DNA of 64,000 bases from Perna viridis (taxonomy: Eukaryota), in NCBI GenBank assembly GCA_037379345.1, contig CM074520.1:3782001-3846000 (forward strand), written 5' to 3'. How positions within the stretch are numbered: the stretch's first letter is position 1; every line of letters starts with the position of its first letter. Below, piece by piece: positions 27,491 to 40,503 of the stretch. Below the pieces are notes generated by a model. The model worked only from the letters and a program-made list of their open reading frames with translations. It was not told the DNA's origin and did not search any database. The position numbers were made by a program, and so were the translations under genes.

Positions 27491-28052
27491 TTTCTGGATG
27501 GAGTTGTGTAATACATGTATAGGACCTAGAACAGGAGTGTACTAAAACTGCATTTTTCTGGTCATCTGACTTCAAAGGTTTTGTTCAAAAGATTCTTGTT
27601 GACTAGTGGATAATACAAAGACAGATTAAAGATTAAAGACTTGTTTATGAGTCAGATAAACTGTTCAGAAATTACCTTATTGAATTTGAGATTTTTAACT
27701 TAAACTTAATTTTGGTGGCAGTTTCATCATTTATCATGATGGATTAATTATATACACACAGTGTAATTAAGGTTGAGTAACAATGCTTCTACACCTGGTC
27801 GTGTCAAGTTTGATAACCAACACACGTTTTTACTAATCAATGATTGGATAATAATTAAAGGATGCCAAGTTTTTCATCAAAAGTTTGGAAGAAACATGAT
27901 TTTTATAACTTGCTAATTATGTGATGATTGCTACTATTTGCCTGTTCAGAATGAAATCCATTTCAGTTTTTGATAAGAAAGATAGTTTGGTTCAAATGCC
28001 ATTTGATTTGTAATGAAGTTGATTGGATTGTTTTAATAACAAGTACTTAAAA

Positions 28053-28132
28053 ATGGACTCATATGATAGAAGCTATAACTCTCCAAGACGATCAGTCAGT
28101 TTTAATTATGCTGACTATTGGAACCTTATAAG
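28053..28132 (+). CDS. Candidate alternative first coding exon (MDSYDRSYNSPRRSVSFNYADYWNLI-R)
   Basis: aaaATGg strong start context, open frame to AAG|gtatgt, phase 2. The peptide contains RRSVSF, a basophilic kinase site and RVxF-like motif. Confidence 0.62.
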
Positions 28133-31100
28133 GTATGTGGCATATATAGCTTTCATTAGATGGTATTTCAGTATATGAAATGAAAGGGGGACTACATCTA
28201 GTATGCCAACATGTATAACTTCATGTTTTCGTAGCAAATGTTGAGTTTGAATACAGGCCAACACCTACTTGTAGCAAGGAAATATTTATCGATTTTTGTA
28301 ATCATATGACTGGCCTAGGATTGATTTTAGTGGGCCCATAATGTATTACCTATAGTTAAGATGCAATAACCATATTTCTTAAAAATTTAAAGGCTGACAA
28401 GTGTGAATTTGGTACCTTTTCTCCTGTACTATAAATATCTTACTTAATAGATCTGTATTGAAAATTAAAGGGTTTCCAGTCACCTTTAAGATCCTATAAT
28501 AGTTGGATAAAGATCCAAATTAAACTGCAAGTCATACAAATATATACATTGTGTATATTTACTTGTATACATATTTTTAATAAGTAATTGTTTTGTATAT
28601 ATACTTTACCTGTTGTTGGGCATGCCTTGTTAAGCTGTTTTCTTGTAGTCTATGGTTTCTCCATCTTTTTGTTGATACAAATAATTTCTCAAGTTGACAC
28701 AGTCTGGTGGTGAAGTGGTCCTACTGTAGAATAGAAATTTTTTCGTGTAATTATATAAAATATACTTCATTGTGGTGTTTGGATCGTAAACTAAGACCAA
28801 AAGTTGAACATTATTCAGTGATTTTGGGTTCACTATGAAGCCCTTTCTGACACAACCTTGAATGTTTTCATGATCAAATCACAAAATCATGATCATACTT
28901 TCTTCTTTAAAGCAAGAGGTACCTCGTGATCATCCAGCTGTCCATTGTCCTTCTAACTGAAACCACTGAATGGAGTTCAATGAAACTTGCACATATTTTT
29001 GTATCGGGTGATGCTATTGTTCACCTTGTATTTTAGATTTCCATTTGAATAACTGTAGATGTATCCCATTTGGTTTGGGGAAGAAGAGCGTGGGTATCAA
29101 CTAGTTTTTCTCTATGAAATATAAGAATTTCAATTGTAAACAATGTCTTCGTGCAATCAAGGGAGTAGTGTTTGGTATTGCAGGTACTGCTGGAGCAGTA
29201 CCAATAATTTTTGTTGGTGTGTCATGCAGTATCTTAAATTCTTGACAGAAATTTAAAAATGGAGTATTTTACTTGGTAACTAATAGCAAGACAAGTTCAA
29301 AGATGTATACTCATTACCCCTGGACCAATCAAGGTTTGGGTTCTATGCCTTTGACAATCCATGTAGTTGTATTCTAAAATTATGTTTAAAGATACATCAA
29401 ATTTTGTATGATTCATCTTCAGTACTTAGGAGCAGGATATTATCTGCTGGAACTTTTTCTCTCATTCAATGAGGAAGAAAAGTCAACCTGAATGTAACAG
29501 TTTGGTTTACAACTGATACTTTAAATTAGAAATACATAGAAACAAACATCTTTGGTTTGTATTATCTATAGATTTATTAATGCCTGCATGATGTTATTAA
29601 TGTTTGTTTATTATAGGTACATCTGTAAAGCTTCTGTTCATTGATTTACTCTATAAATGAGTAAATATTTAGTTATTTGTGGGATATTACATAAAGGAAG
29701 ATGGAAACACTGATCTTTTGAGGAACTTGAAAACATCAAACACCTTTGGGTATTTGCAATAAGGCATTTTATTGAAATGTGTTTTGCAAAATGGGCCTTA
29801 ATTAGTTCTCCTTTTTTTCAATATTAAGCCTCAAGTCTCTAGTCTCAATAATACTGGTACATGTCAGTTTTATGATTCATTTTCCTCTTCTCATTGTAGA
29901 ACTTAAATTCTTCTTGTTTGAATGGTGTGCTTCAATTCTGTTTTTGTCTTGAAACTTCTTTTCTTCAAGGACTTCAGTCATACTTGACTTAAAGATAAAT
30001 GCTTCAATTCCTTTTGAGTTTTCCAATTACAATACTCACCTTATTTCCACTAATATACCCCACTTATTAAGACCTTATATGTAATATGTTGCAGCTTTGA
30101 AGCATTGTCTAGCCAACACAAATGATAAAGGGAGACAACTCATTGTGGTCTTATTTAATATGTTAAGTAGAAATCAGTGTAAATAGTAATTGATAGTGAC
30201 CCTGTCACCCCCTGGTAGGTGGCAAGTACATCTATGTCAACAACGATTGATCTCAAATATTGAATGTGTTGTATTAACATGACCTTAAATTGTTAGGGTC
30301 CGATTGATTTAAGATATTTAATGTTCGGAAATAACAAGACCTCACGGATGGGGTCCGTCCCTGGTTTTTGATTTTTGAGTACATCTGATTTAGAATATTT
30401 AATGTTCCAAAATAATTAAACCTTGCTGATCCTGCATGTAGCTTACTACTATGTTTTTTATGTTAAACATTGAGTAAACCTAATTGTTACAAAAAGATTT
30501 TTTTGATCTTTGGAAAGATTAGATGATTATTTTGAAAATGGACTGGTGAATTATATTAAACACAATAATAAAGGGTACAACTTCATTAGATTAAAGTGAG
30601 TTTTTCATGCCAATGAATTGGTATGTGCCTTATTGTTAGTTCCCATGGGACGTCTATGACCTACACCTTTTTCATTTCAGATAATGATCTCTTCTAAGGC
30701 AGATTTAACAGAGATATGAGTTATACTATTTCTTTAATGCATTTTATGTCAAAAGATTTGTTTCCACCAAAATCTTGTTAGCCTTTTGCATGATTAACTA
30801 TGGTAAAGTTCAATTGATTTTGTTGGTGAATTTAATCCTACAAAGACAAATAATGAAATGAATATGTCAAGTTAAATATTTGTAGTTTTGTTTGAGTTAT
30901 AAATAGTACAGTTTTGGGTGTAATATTTTACACTAGATATGTTAAAATTCAATATTTGCTTTTCATAGTTTTAGTCTTTATAATATTTTTTCTGACTGTT
31001 ATAAATGCTATATCATTTATACTCTACTCTTGGTTGAAATGTAATAGTTCTTAAATATTTTAGATCAGTAGGCCTAAAGAAAGACTCTTCCTCACATTCC

Positions 31101-31630
31101 TATGAATTGTCAATGAATCTGATTCTCAGCTATCCTATTAGTTCATTTGAGTTGGGGAAAACTCAGTTTAAGATTTTTTATAATCAAGATTTGCATTTTT
31201 GCTTTTCAAGTTCAAAATTTTAATTCATTACTGTATCATTGATTTTTTTTTTTAAATCTCTTGGTATGCTTAGATCTATGCATTACTTTGACAATGAATA
31301 AGTTGTAATTAGGTGTCTGATATGCCTAATACCTGGTGGTCATGGAATTTTTCTATAAATATGTTGATGACCTTCAAAATCGAAACTATCAATATTTCTT
31401 GAGCCTACACTTTCTTGACACATTAATATTTTCATCAAAGTTAGGATAACCAAGAAATTAAGAAAAAACTAAATGAAATCAAATGCACAATGTTCATGTG
31501 AATAAAAAAAGAACAATTTTTAACTAGCATTTGAATCTTATAAAAACTACTCATTGAATTCTAGTGGAAATTTTCATATGTTAAATTAAACATGCTATTT
31601 CTAAACCCATTACTCATTTATATCTTTCAG

Positions 31631-31807
31631 GGGCACCTCTAAGTTAGAATCCAGTGTTAAATTGCTGAGGTCCTCCTCATTTTTACAGAAAGCTAGAGAG
31701 GCTCAAGAGAGGGAGCGAAGCAGACTTGGAATTCAAGATGACACCCTTGTCCAGAAAGATTCCTCCACTAGAATGAAACAAAAACCAAGGAGGATTGAAA
31801 GTTTCCA
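31631..31807 (+). CDS. shroom: Internal symmetric exon (GTSKLESSVKLLRSSSFLQKAREAQERERSRLGIQDDTLVQKDSSTRMKQKPRRIESF)
   Basis: Acceptor tttatatctttcag and donor CCA|gtaagt. 177 nt = 59 codons, phase 2 to 2, open and purine-rich. Missed by the ORF track. Confidence 0.85.
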
Positions 31808-34800
31808 GTAAGTTAATTCTCATCATTTCAGATTTAGAAAAAGATATAAAAAACAAGACAAATGCACAATGATGTACCAGATTCTTTTAGAGCTGCTGGT
31901 GTTCGTTGCTGTGTCATGCTGCCTTACAAGCATAATCAAGGCCTATATTTAATACATTCTTGCACATACACACTACCATCAAAAACATGTATCCTTTTGT
32001 CTTATGACTAATTTTATATTATGACAAACACTCAAGAATTTATTGGATCTTGAAAAGACAACATAACACAAAGTTTAATGGTTGATAAAAAAGTTTTTGA
32101 TTGAATGTTTTAATCGATAGACCATTTTTTGTGGTCTTTGAATCATCATTGGCCTATTTTTTTAGGCAAACCTAACATTACCCTACAAAGAATCAACAAC
32201 TACTGTTAGCTCAATACAGTCACTGTATAATGGATGCACTTAACACCAAGGTCCTTAAATTTGTTGTATTTACTTGAAGTGCATCTAGCCAACAGGAACA
32301 TCATAATATACAATCATCATAATTATGTATTGACTATCTCCCTATAATTATTTACTACAAAGAGACCACCCTGCATACTGATATTTATCAACCAGGGCCT
32401 TCTAATCTCATCTTTGTTCAGTACTTTGACCTGTAGATTTATAAATACAGCTTCCTACTTAGTCAATGCACTTTAAACCACAAGGTCATGGAAGGTCATG
32501 ATCAAAGTTCATTAGTTGCTAAAATTATGTGACCTTTAGTGTGTATAAGTATACTGATCCTTACACATTTCATGTACCTTCATGTGATAAGCAGCCTAAT
32601 AAGAAACCACAAGGTCACAAAGGGTCATAATTCACAAATTGTAGAAGTAATTTGTTAAGGACCAGTATAATGAAGTTGTTAGTATGGTGAGCTCAATGCA
32701 GAATTATCCTGATTATTTTATAGTTGGAGATTTTGAGGCTGAAACCTAAAAATGAATGGGTTTTATGGTTCTAGCTCATACTGGTTGAAATTTAATAGTT
32801 TGTTTAGGAAACAATCCTTCCTCTTTATATGGAAGAACTACCCAAAATATCCTCAAAAGAATATGTGAAATACATGCCCAGAACATTTAAAATAAAAAAA
32901 AAATATATTTCTTTTGCCTTAATGTTGTAAACTGTAAATATCAAGTCAATCAAGACAGGCTATTTGCAAATGGGGTAACAATAATAGTAACATGATTTCC
33001 TGCAAAAATATCTTATTTATACAATTATTATGGGAGGAGTACATATATGGGCACCTGATTAGAACATAAACACTGTAGCAGATATCATAAGATGATCAAC
33101 AGTAAAGGAACTGATGAGAGGATTGTCTTGATGGGAAATAGATTTCAGATTGACCTTTAGTTGAGAGGTTGTAGGTTATTGACTTTGTATTTAGCCTAAT
33201 CTGACCATACATCACAAAATGTCAGGAGAATAAATTATGGCACTACAATTCTATACATGTACTCAGTACTAACTATTCAGTTTGGCCTAACCCCAAAGTA
33301 ACAAGAATGCAACCTTTAACCTATTTTGGGTCAAATAAACAAGTCGTTTTGTTATGTCCTACTGTTAGGGTATTGAATTTTATGGTCTTATTTGGTAAAT
33401 AATTTTATTAGAATCAAGTTAAGTTTAATTTATTCTGAACATCATTGAGGCTTTGAGTGCATAGAATTTTTCAACCAAATACACCATCATTAATAGGATT
33501 GACCTGAGAATGGAAGTTTATTTATCTGTTAATGTGTGATAGTAAAATCCCTCCTCCAAGTCTTATTTTAAAATCCAACAAAACAATTCAATTTAAATAG
33601 ATTTATAGTCATTGTGGAATGTAATTGGGAAATTTGCAAGTCATCGGAGGTTTTCAATGCATGTTATAGTGTTGCACCAAGAATTTAAACAGATAAAAAG
33701 CTATTGTTTTGAACAGTTTGGTAATTGAGGTCCTAGTCAATGATGCATTCATAATAGTTTTCTGTAGATTTGGTCTCTTGTTGTGAAAAAAATATTGTTC
33801 TTTTCATAATCTGTGCAATTAGACCAAAGAAAATTGTACAGGTAGTGCATATTCAGAATATTGTTGACAATGTTTCAGTAGGACCTCTTAGTTATCAAAT
33901 TTTAGACCTCAAATAAAAAATAAGGAAATGACTGGAGATCACAATTTGTCATTAATATACCATTCTGGTGTCATGAATTCAAACAGGAAATATGTTTTAG
34001 CATATTGATGGTTTTATCTGTGTCTGAAGACATTGTTTTCTATTTTTGACATTTTCTGTTTATTTTTATGACATGTGTATTGTTTTAGTTACCATGTCCT
34101 GTTAGTAAGCAGTGACCTTGGTTATGGCGAGACAATCGTTTATTTTTACACTGATTACTATTGTATGTATATTTCATGCCAGAACAAATATGAATAGATT
34201 TCAGTAGCTATTGTGTGAAGTTAAAGAGGTGTGATTAAAAAATATGGCAGGAATTTCATTTACTTTTGTAACTTATTATATGCCTGCTTTGGTAGTAGTG
34301 CTGTTTTGACATTTCTGAATGAGACTTGGTGATTGTAATTTCTTAAGAATTAATTAAACGGAAACATTTGAATGACAAGATTAAGTGACTTTTCTACAGA
34401 CAGATATAGACTGTGTTCATTCTATGGCTAACTTCTGCATTTCTTCATGTTATGTAATGTAAAATAAAAAAAAGAGTATGCCAATACAGTTAGGCACAAA
34501 ATAAAAAATATTTTGTTTGACATTGCCTTTCTTTCTAGAATAATTTTCAAAAATGCTTTATTTATGGTGATTACCAATGTCATATATTTTTGATGTCTTA
34601 CACATAAATAATTACAACTAATGTTTTATTATGGGTTTCTTCTCTTTATGACCAGCAGGAAATTCATATAAAAACATTGTTCAGGACTGAAAAATGAACA
34701 AATGAATAAATATTGTATGTTTAAAAGAATATCTTTGTCCATATGGTTTGTTGTCAAATGAGAAACTATGTATTTCATATGATTTTGGAAGATGACAACT

Positions 34801-34859
34801 CCATCTTGATGTTATACAAAAAATGGTATGCAATACGTGTTCTAAACATTTGTTTTTGA

Positions 34860-35345
34860 CTCCTGCGTATGGAGTGTTCATATCACAACTCATACGTTAT
34901 GCCAGAGCTTGCCGAAACTACACAGACTTTTTGTATCGTGCTAGAACTCTAACAAATAGGCTTCTGGAACAGGGTTATGTTGCTACAAGATTGAAGTCAT
35001 CACTACAGAAGTTTTATGGTCGTCATCATGAACTCGTGGATCGTTATGGTGTATCCATCAGCACCATGAAAACTGATTTATTCAACAGGTCATAGTTTTC
35101 CTTTTTTATGAGCAACTCAGCGTTTGTTTCTAGAAAAGCAGAGGACGCTTACCCTACCAGTGCACCTGGTCCATGCTCCTAGTTTTTAGTGGAGTCCGAG
35201 TTGCTCATTTACTTTTGTTACTTTGTATGTATGAATTTAGTTACTTTATGTTCTTTGTTGTGTATGTCTGTTTTCCATGTCTGGTCTTTGTCCCTGTAAT
35301 ACATTCTTTTGATTACCGCTATAACCTTGGTTCCCTTGATTATTC
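34860..35345 (+). mobile_element. 5'-truncated Penelope-like retroelement, copy C: RT thumb C-terminus plus 3' UTR (Naiad-type or EN-less)
   Basis: Encodes PAYGVFISQLIRYARACRNYTDFLYRARTLTNRLLEQGY...LQKFYGRHHELV, the PLE RT thumb pattern (SQL.R..R.C...F......L...L...GY). Stop at 35093-35095 with no C-terminal GIY-YIG. Confidence 0.85.
35108..35208 (+). ncRNA. Predicted 101-nt structured RNA in the retroelement 3' UTR (also 2801-2901 and 16989-17089, minus strand)
   Basis: Closing stem ATGAGCAACTC(GG)/(CC)GAGTTGCTCAT, with inner helices and a possible GGAC/GTCC pseudoknot. Same length in three copies. Confidence 0.6.
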
Positions 35346-35681
35346 TTTTCTTACATTTAAAGCATATGAAAACATTTGTTGAATAATTCTTCATTTATTT
35401 CTAATATAAGAATTTCAGACAATAGAAGAAAACATAAAACAAAGATATATAATATGGTTGACCTAATATTTTTTTTATTCCTTGTATTTTACTTTCCTGC
35501 CTATAACCTTACAATACATAAAACTTATAAAGAAATAAAATGGCAGTGCAATGGTCTGAAAACCACAAATAATACATTGTGAATTTTAAGCCATAATTAA
35601 AAAAGATCAACTATTAAATTTAAAATATTCCTTGAATTAGCAACAGAAGAACCAACTATATGTAACATCAGTGATACTTAA

Positions 35682-35893
35682 GTTGGTAGACCTACAGTAA
35701 GGGACATTACCCATGAAATCAGTGATATGTTTGTATCATATTCAATTTTACCAAAGCCTCTCAAGCTTTCATTTGAAACAGAATAAAATGAATCCAAGTT
35801 TATTAGATGCTTACATAAGATTGATGTAAAATGCTGAATACAAACGTTCCAATGATTTTTAAGAGTCGTGTCCCTTACCTTAGGTCTACCTTC
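35682..35893. mobile_element. 212-bp TTAA-flanked MITE (Kolobok-like), copy 2
   Basis: Colinear with 12271-12482, same length, TTAA at 35678-35681 and 35894-35897. Confidence 0.8.
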
Positions 35894-38800
35894 TTAAGAT
35901 CTTTGACTCAAAGTACCAATTTGAAAGTCATAAAGTACAAATAGATTTAAAATACTTATATTGTTAAAATATTCAAAACGATCGGGTATACATTTCACCC
36001 TTGATCATTACAGTAATTGCTACCTGTTTGTACAGAATAGGTAAGATTACGTTAGTCCTGGTATTATTATAGTAAAAATTATAGTTAACCACACATGAAT
36101 GAACTTCTTTTGTTTTGGATCTTATATGGCTACCCTGAATGACGTGAAGAAATATGCAAGAAGTTTCGTGTAATAGATTTGTATCTGAGATGTACAGAGT
36201 GAATAAAAGAAAGAAAATATGATAGTTGTGTTAACAATAATTAAACGACAATGAACAAGTTATGTTAAGATGGGAAATAATGCTTCACAACCAGGGAAGT
36301 GTAGTCAGCACACAGTCAGCTCAGAGGAAGTATCATTGGTTGACACAATAGATTTGTAAGTCTTAACTAAATTCTGTTTATGCCCTCAACACGGTTAGGA
36401 GTAGGGCTAACAATTTGATGTCTGTTTGTCTGATGTGTTTCTCTATTTGTTACATAAACTTTGGGTTTCATCTGTATGGAGGAGCACTTGCAGTTTCATA
36501 ATCGTTATAGTTATGGTCATTTCTTATGGTGATCATTTTTCTTTCTCTTCGTCCTTCCATTTGTCTCTCTATCCTGCTGTCTGCAACTTACACTTGGTAT
36601 TCAGATATCAGTATTTAGAGGTTTTGATGATTCTCTTATCATTTGGAGATATAAAACAAAATTATCATTTAGTATGGCAGAATCATCAGGTTTGTGTTTT
36701 TCCAGAGTGTCATGTCAGTTCCAGTGAAATATGCTGACTAAGCAGTAATCCATATTATGTAATTAGGTCATCAGTATATAAGAATTTAAGTGTGTAAAGG
36801 TTAAAATAACACATATTTGGCAACTTTAGAAATAAATCAGTACAAAAGTATGTACACTTCAGGTAAAATTGGGGTTAAAAATGTCAGCACAAACGATACT
36901 TATATAATGAGAGAGTATGTATAAAGTTTGTCATTAAATCGAGAATTTAAAATGTTGTTTTACTATAATCCAACTGTTAACATACCGTACCAACACTCTA
37001 AAATACATTTGAAATATTTATTCCTCCAATGTCAATATGCTACAGAATGGGTCACGATTTACCTTTCTTCTAAACAATTTTATCCAATTTAAAATGGGTG
37101 CTCTCAGAGTTTGCAATTAATAGACATTTTTTTCCTTGTTTGGTGAAATATCAACTTTTTATACTGTTTCAATACTTGTTTGATCTTGAGTGTCAACATT
37201 TCATGGAGAAAATACAAATCTTTGTTTGATATGGGGTCTACTTACAGATAAAACTGTTTGCCCAACTTTTAATTGATGTGCGATTAGCTTACTGTGCGAC
37301 AGTGTTCCGGGACGGGAGTAAATTTACATGGGCTTATATAAGAATTTTAAGACATGAGAAATGAAAGAGAGATCTAAGAACTTTCTATCAAATTTTAATC
37401 TTTATTGAAAATAATTGGGGACTTGGTGGAGACTTTAAGTTTGTCATCAATTTTTTATGGTCAAAAATGTTTGTAAGGGAAGGTTAGAGTTCACCTAAGG
37501 ATACATTTTTTCTTGATAAGAAACTTAAAAGTTTAAGTAAAGACAAAAAATACTATTAAATAAATACATGATGTGATCATGTACATGTACTTGTAGTGTT
37601 ATCAAGCATGGTGAACTTTGTCATGTATTTATACATTGCTTGCCAACTTAATTATGAATGCATGCATGCATCTTAGATTTTGGATTTTAATGATCTGTTA
37701 ACAAAGTTGCAAAAAAAAGTTTTTAATTTGATTTCAAATCTTAAATTTAAAATGTTAATATTGAATATAATGTGGACCATAGCAGGAAACATTATTTGAA
37801 AACCTATATTTATTTTTATGTGATGTTTTGGTATAAGAAATTGTAAATAATGAGTATAAATTGATGCATAATTACAAGACAACCACAATAAACAATCATA
37901 GAGAATCCATGTAATGTCAGATAACAGTTGTGTAGATGTTCTGGAGTATAAAATACTTTAAATTATTTTTGATACTGTAGAAAAAATAAGAAAATAAATT
38001 CAAATCTTTAAGTACATAATTTGATGATGAGAGCTTTACTGTAGCATGAACTGTAGGGAAATTGAGGGTGGGATGGAGGTGGGGTTTTAATTCGGTATTT
38101 TATTAACTTATAACATTACTTGGTAATTGAGAGGACATTGAAAACCTTTAAAACAATTCAGTAGTTTGATTTTCTGTCTCGTTGATGAAATGAATTTTTC
38201 ATAATGAAGTATCTTAAGTCTTGTAAACATTTGTATTCAGTGACGGACCCTATAGTTAATTAAATTTAAAGGAAATTGACCTTTTCATCAAAGTTAAGGA
38301 TAATAATTGGTAGGTCAATAATTACTGGGTAATCAAACTGTTTGTTTCTTCCTTGTTTTTATTATTACCATTTTCACCTGTACACCAGTGTAACCTCAGT
38401 GATGTAATCACGACAGGTAACTGTCAGTTTAAACTGACCAATCAGAAGCACCGTTACATGTCATCTTACCTGTAGGGACTTATTGGTGTATGATGTATTG
38501 AAGGAACTCTTATGTCAAGAGATTTAATGGTAAAGTGTATGGATTGTAACGGGAATTAAATATAATAATCCATTTTGTATTTTGGATATAACATTTATAT
38601 AAGGTAGGACTATGAATAATGAATAATATTAAAGATACTGTTAGCTTTTTCCCATATTCATTCAGTGAATATTTCATGAAGTACAATATTCTATTCAGTA
38701 ATTTCATGTAAGATGTATAGTGATATATATCTTTTCTTTTCATTTTATTCCTAGATTTTGCATTAGAACTTCCAAAATATTAGCTTTTCTCTGAAGAATA

Positions 38801-40315
38801 TTTTTATTTGACTTTCATTCAAAAAGAAGGATGCAAGACTAGAACATTTAGTTTTTTTTATTACAAAGTATCCCCTCCCCCACCTAACCCCATCCCCTAA
38901 AAAAAGAAGAATAGAATCTTTTCTGTATTTTTTCTTCAGAATTATTATTGAAATTTGTTATGTATGAGAAAATGAGATATTTCTTGAGACTCTGGTTTTA
39001 GACCTGATTAACTATGAAGTTATACAGTGGTCCATTTGAACCCACAAAATAAGAACGTCTTCTTAGTAGGACACACTTACATCAATGTCAAGTCATTTAT
39101 AGCAGTTACCTTAAGGGAAACCTTGCAAGAACTTTTAGAGAAAGTCAACCCATTATATATGGCATCAGTAGAATATCCTGATTACAAATCTATAGGACTT
39201 TATCTTGATTCCAAGACCAAAAACCAAATGACTTGTGGCTGTAAGGTATTTTAGGTATAATCCCAGTGTCAACTAGAGAATGCCAACAATGTGATTTTTA
39301 GTGAGAATTCAAGTCTTTCACATTGATTTATTTGTTCTTCTTCTCAATAATGAGATTAGAGATGTAACACCTTGACATGTAATAAAATATCACACCTTTT
39401 CCAAGTTCTATTTTGTTTTGCAAGGCTAATCAATCGCCAAGACATATTTCTTGAGTGTTGGAACAGAAAACCTCTCCATAGCTTCTATTTGATGTGTACT
39501 GTCTTCTTATTAGTTTTGCCAGAACTATATTGTTTAATATTTGCACATGTAGATAAAACCAATTCAAGTATATATGTTACGTAACTTTATGCATTTCAGT
39601 TACCTACTTCGGTTAAATTTGTTAATCAAATAAACCGTTTTTTATGTTTTTCTTTGAGTGTTATTTTATACCAATATATGTATATGAATCTCAAAGACAA
39701 CCAGGGACCAAATATAAACAAAATTCATGTTTTTTAACTTGACACTGTAAGACATATGACTCAGACAGCGAAAGTTTTGTCTACGAAGTTTGGAAAACCA
39801 CAAACGCATTGGATTTAATTTGTTACCTTAACTACAAGTATTGACATAATGTGACCAACGTTTATCCTTGACGAACATTTAAATCAAATTCCTACCACTA
39901 TTCAATGACATCAAAAAACTTATAAATGTCTGCTGTTTAGTTAAAACATTTTTAATAATATGCAAATTAGTTTCAGTATGATTATTATACATATTTATAT
40001 GCATGATTCATTAGCACTGCTAAAAGAGACCACAGATTCTTTTCAGTGAGGAAAATTCTTTGATGAAAGTTAAAATGATTGTTAATTAGGTTTTAATGAA
40101 ATCATTAGTTGGTTTTAATCATCTTTTGGAATGTTATGTAACCACAATGTATTATCATTTAGTGAAGAATTTCATAAGTGATTGATGCAAAAGAGATTGG
40201 ACATCTAAAACATATATCAATGATCCCCTGCTAACTCCTTGATCTAGAATTCTATAGAATAAGTACTTAATATATGCATTAATGATATTGAAATCAATTT
40301 TCTTATTTAAAAGAA

Positions 40316-40503
40316 GTAAAGGATAGATTTCTTTTCCTTCTGTCTGTCTGTCTGCCTGTAAATGATTGATTTCTTGTCGGTCTGTCTGTCTGTAAAGGGT
40401 AAATTTCTTTTCCTTTTGTCTGTCTGTCTGTAAAGGGTAGATTTCTTTTACATCTGTCTGTCTGTCTGTAAAGGGTAGATGTCTTTTCCATCTGTCAGTC
40501 TGT
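40316..40503 (+). repeat. About 5 x 39-bp minisatellite with a (TCTG)n core
   Basis: Unit gtaaagggtagatttcttttccatctgtctgtctgtct. Confidence 0.85.

Noticed and set aside
32670-32686. ATG AAG TTG TTA GTA TG|gtgagc, another phase-2 mini first exon
   Set aside because: Very short with no promoter-like context. It illustrates the chance rate for such hits, so it was not counted.
35108-35208. SECIS or hammerhead identity for the 3' UTR stem-loop
   Set aside because: The AUGA is Watson-Crick paired to UCAU rather than forming a G-A quartet, no apical AA sits at SECIS spacing, and no CUGAUGA...GAAA core is present.
39027-39254. 75-aa ORF as a possible exon
   Set aside because: Available donors are phase 0 or 1, there is no convincing acceptor, and the peptide has no recognisable features.
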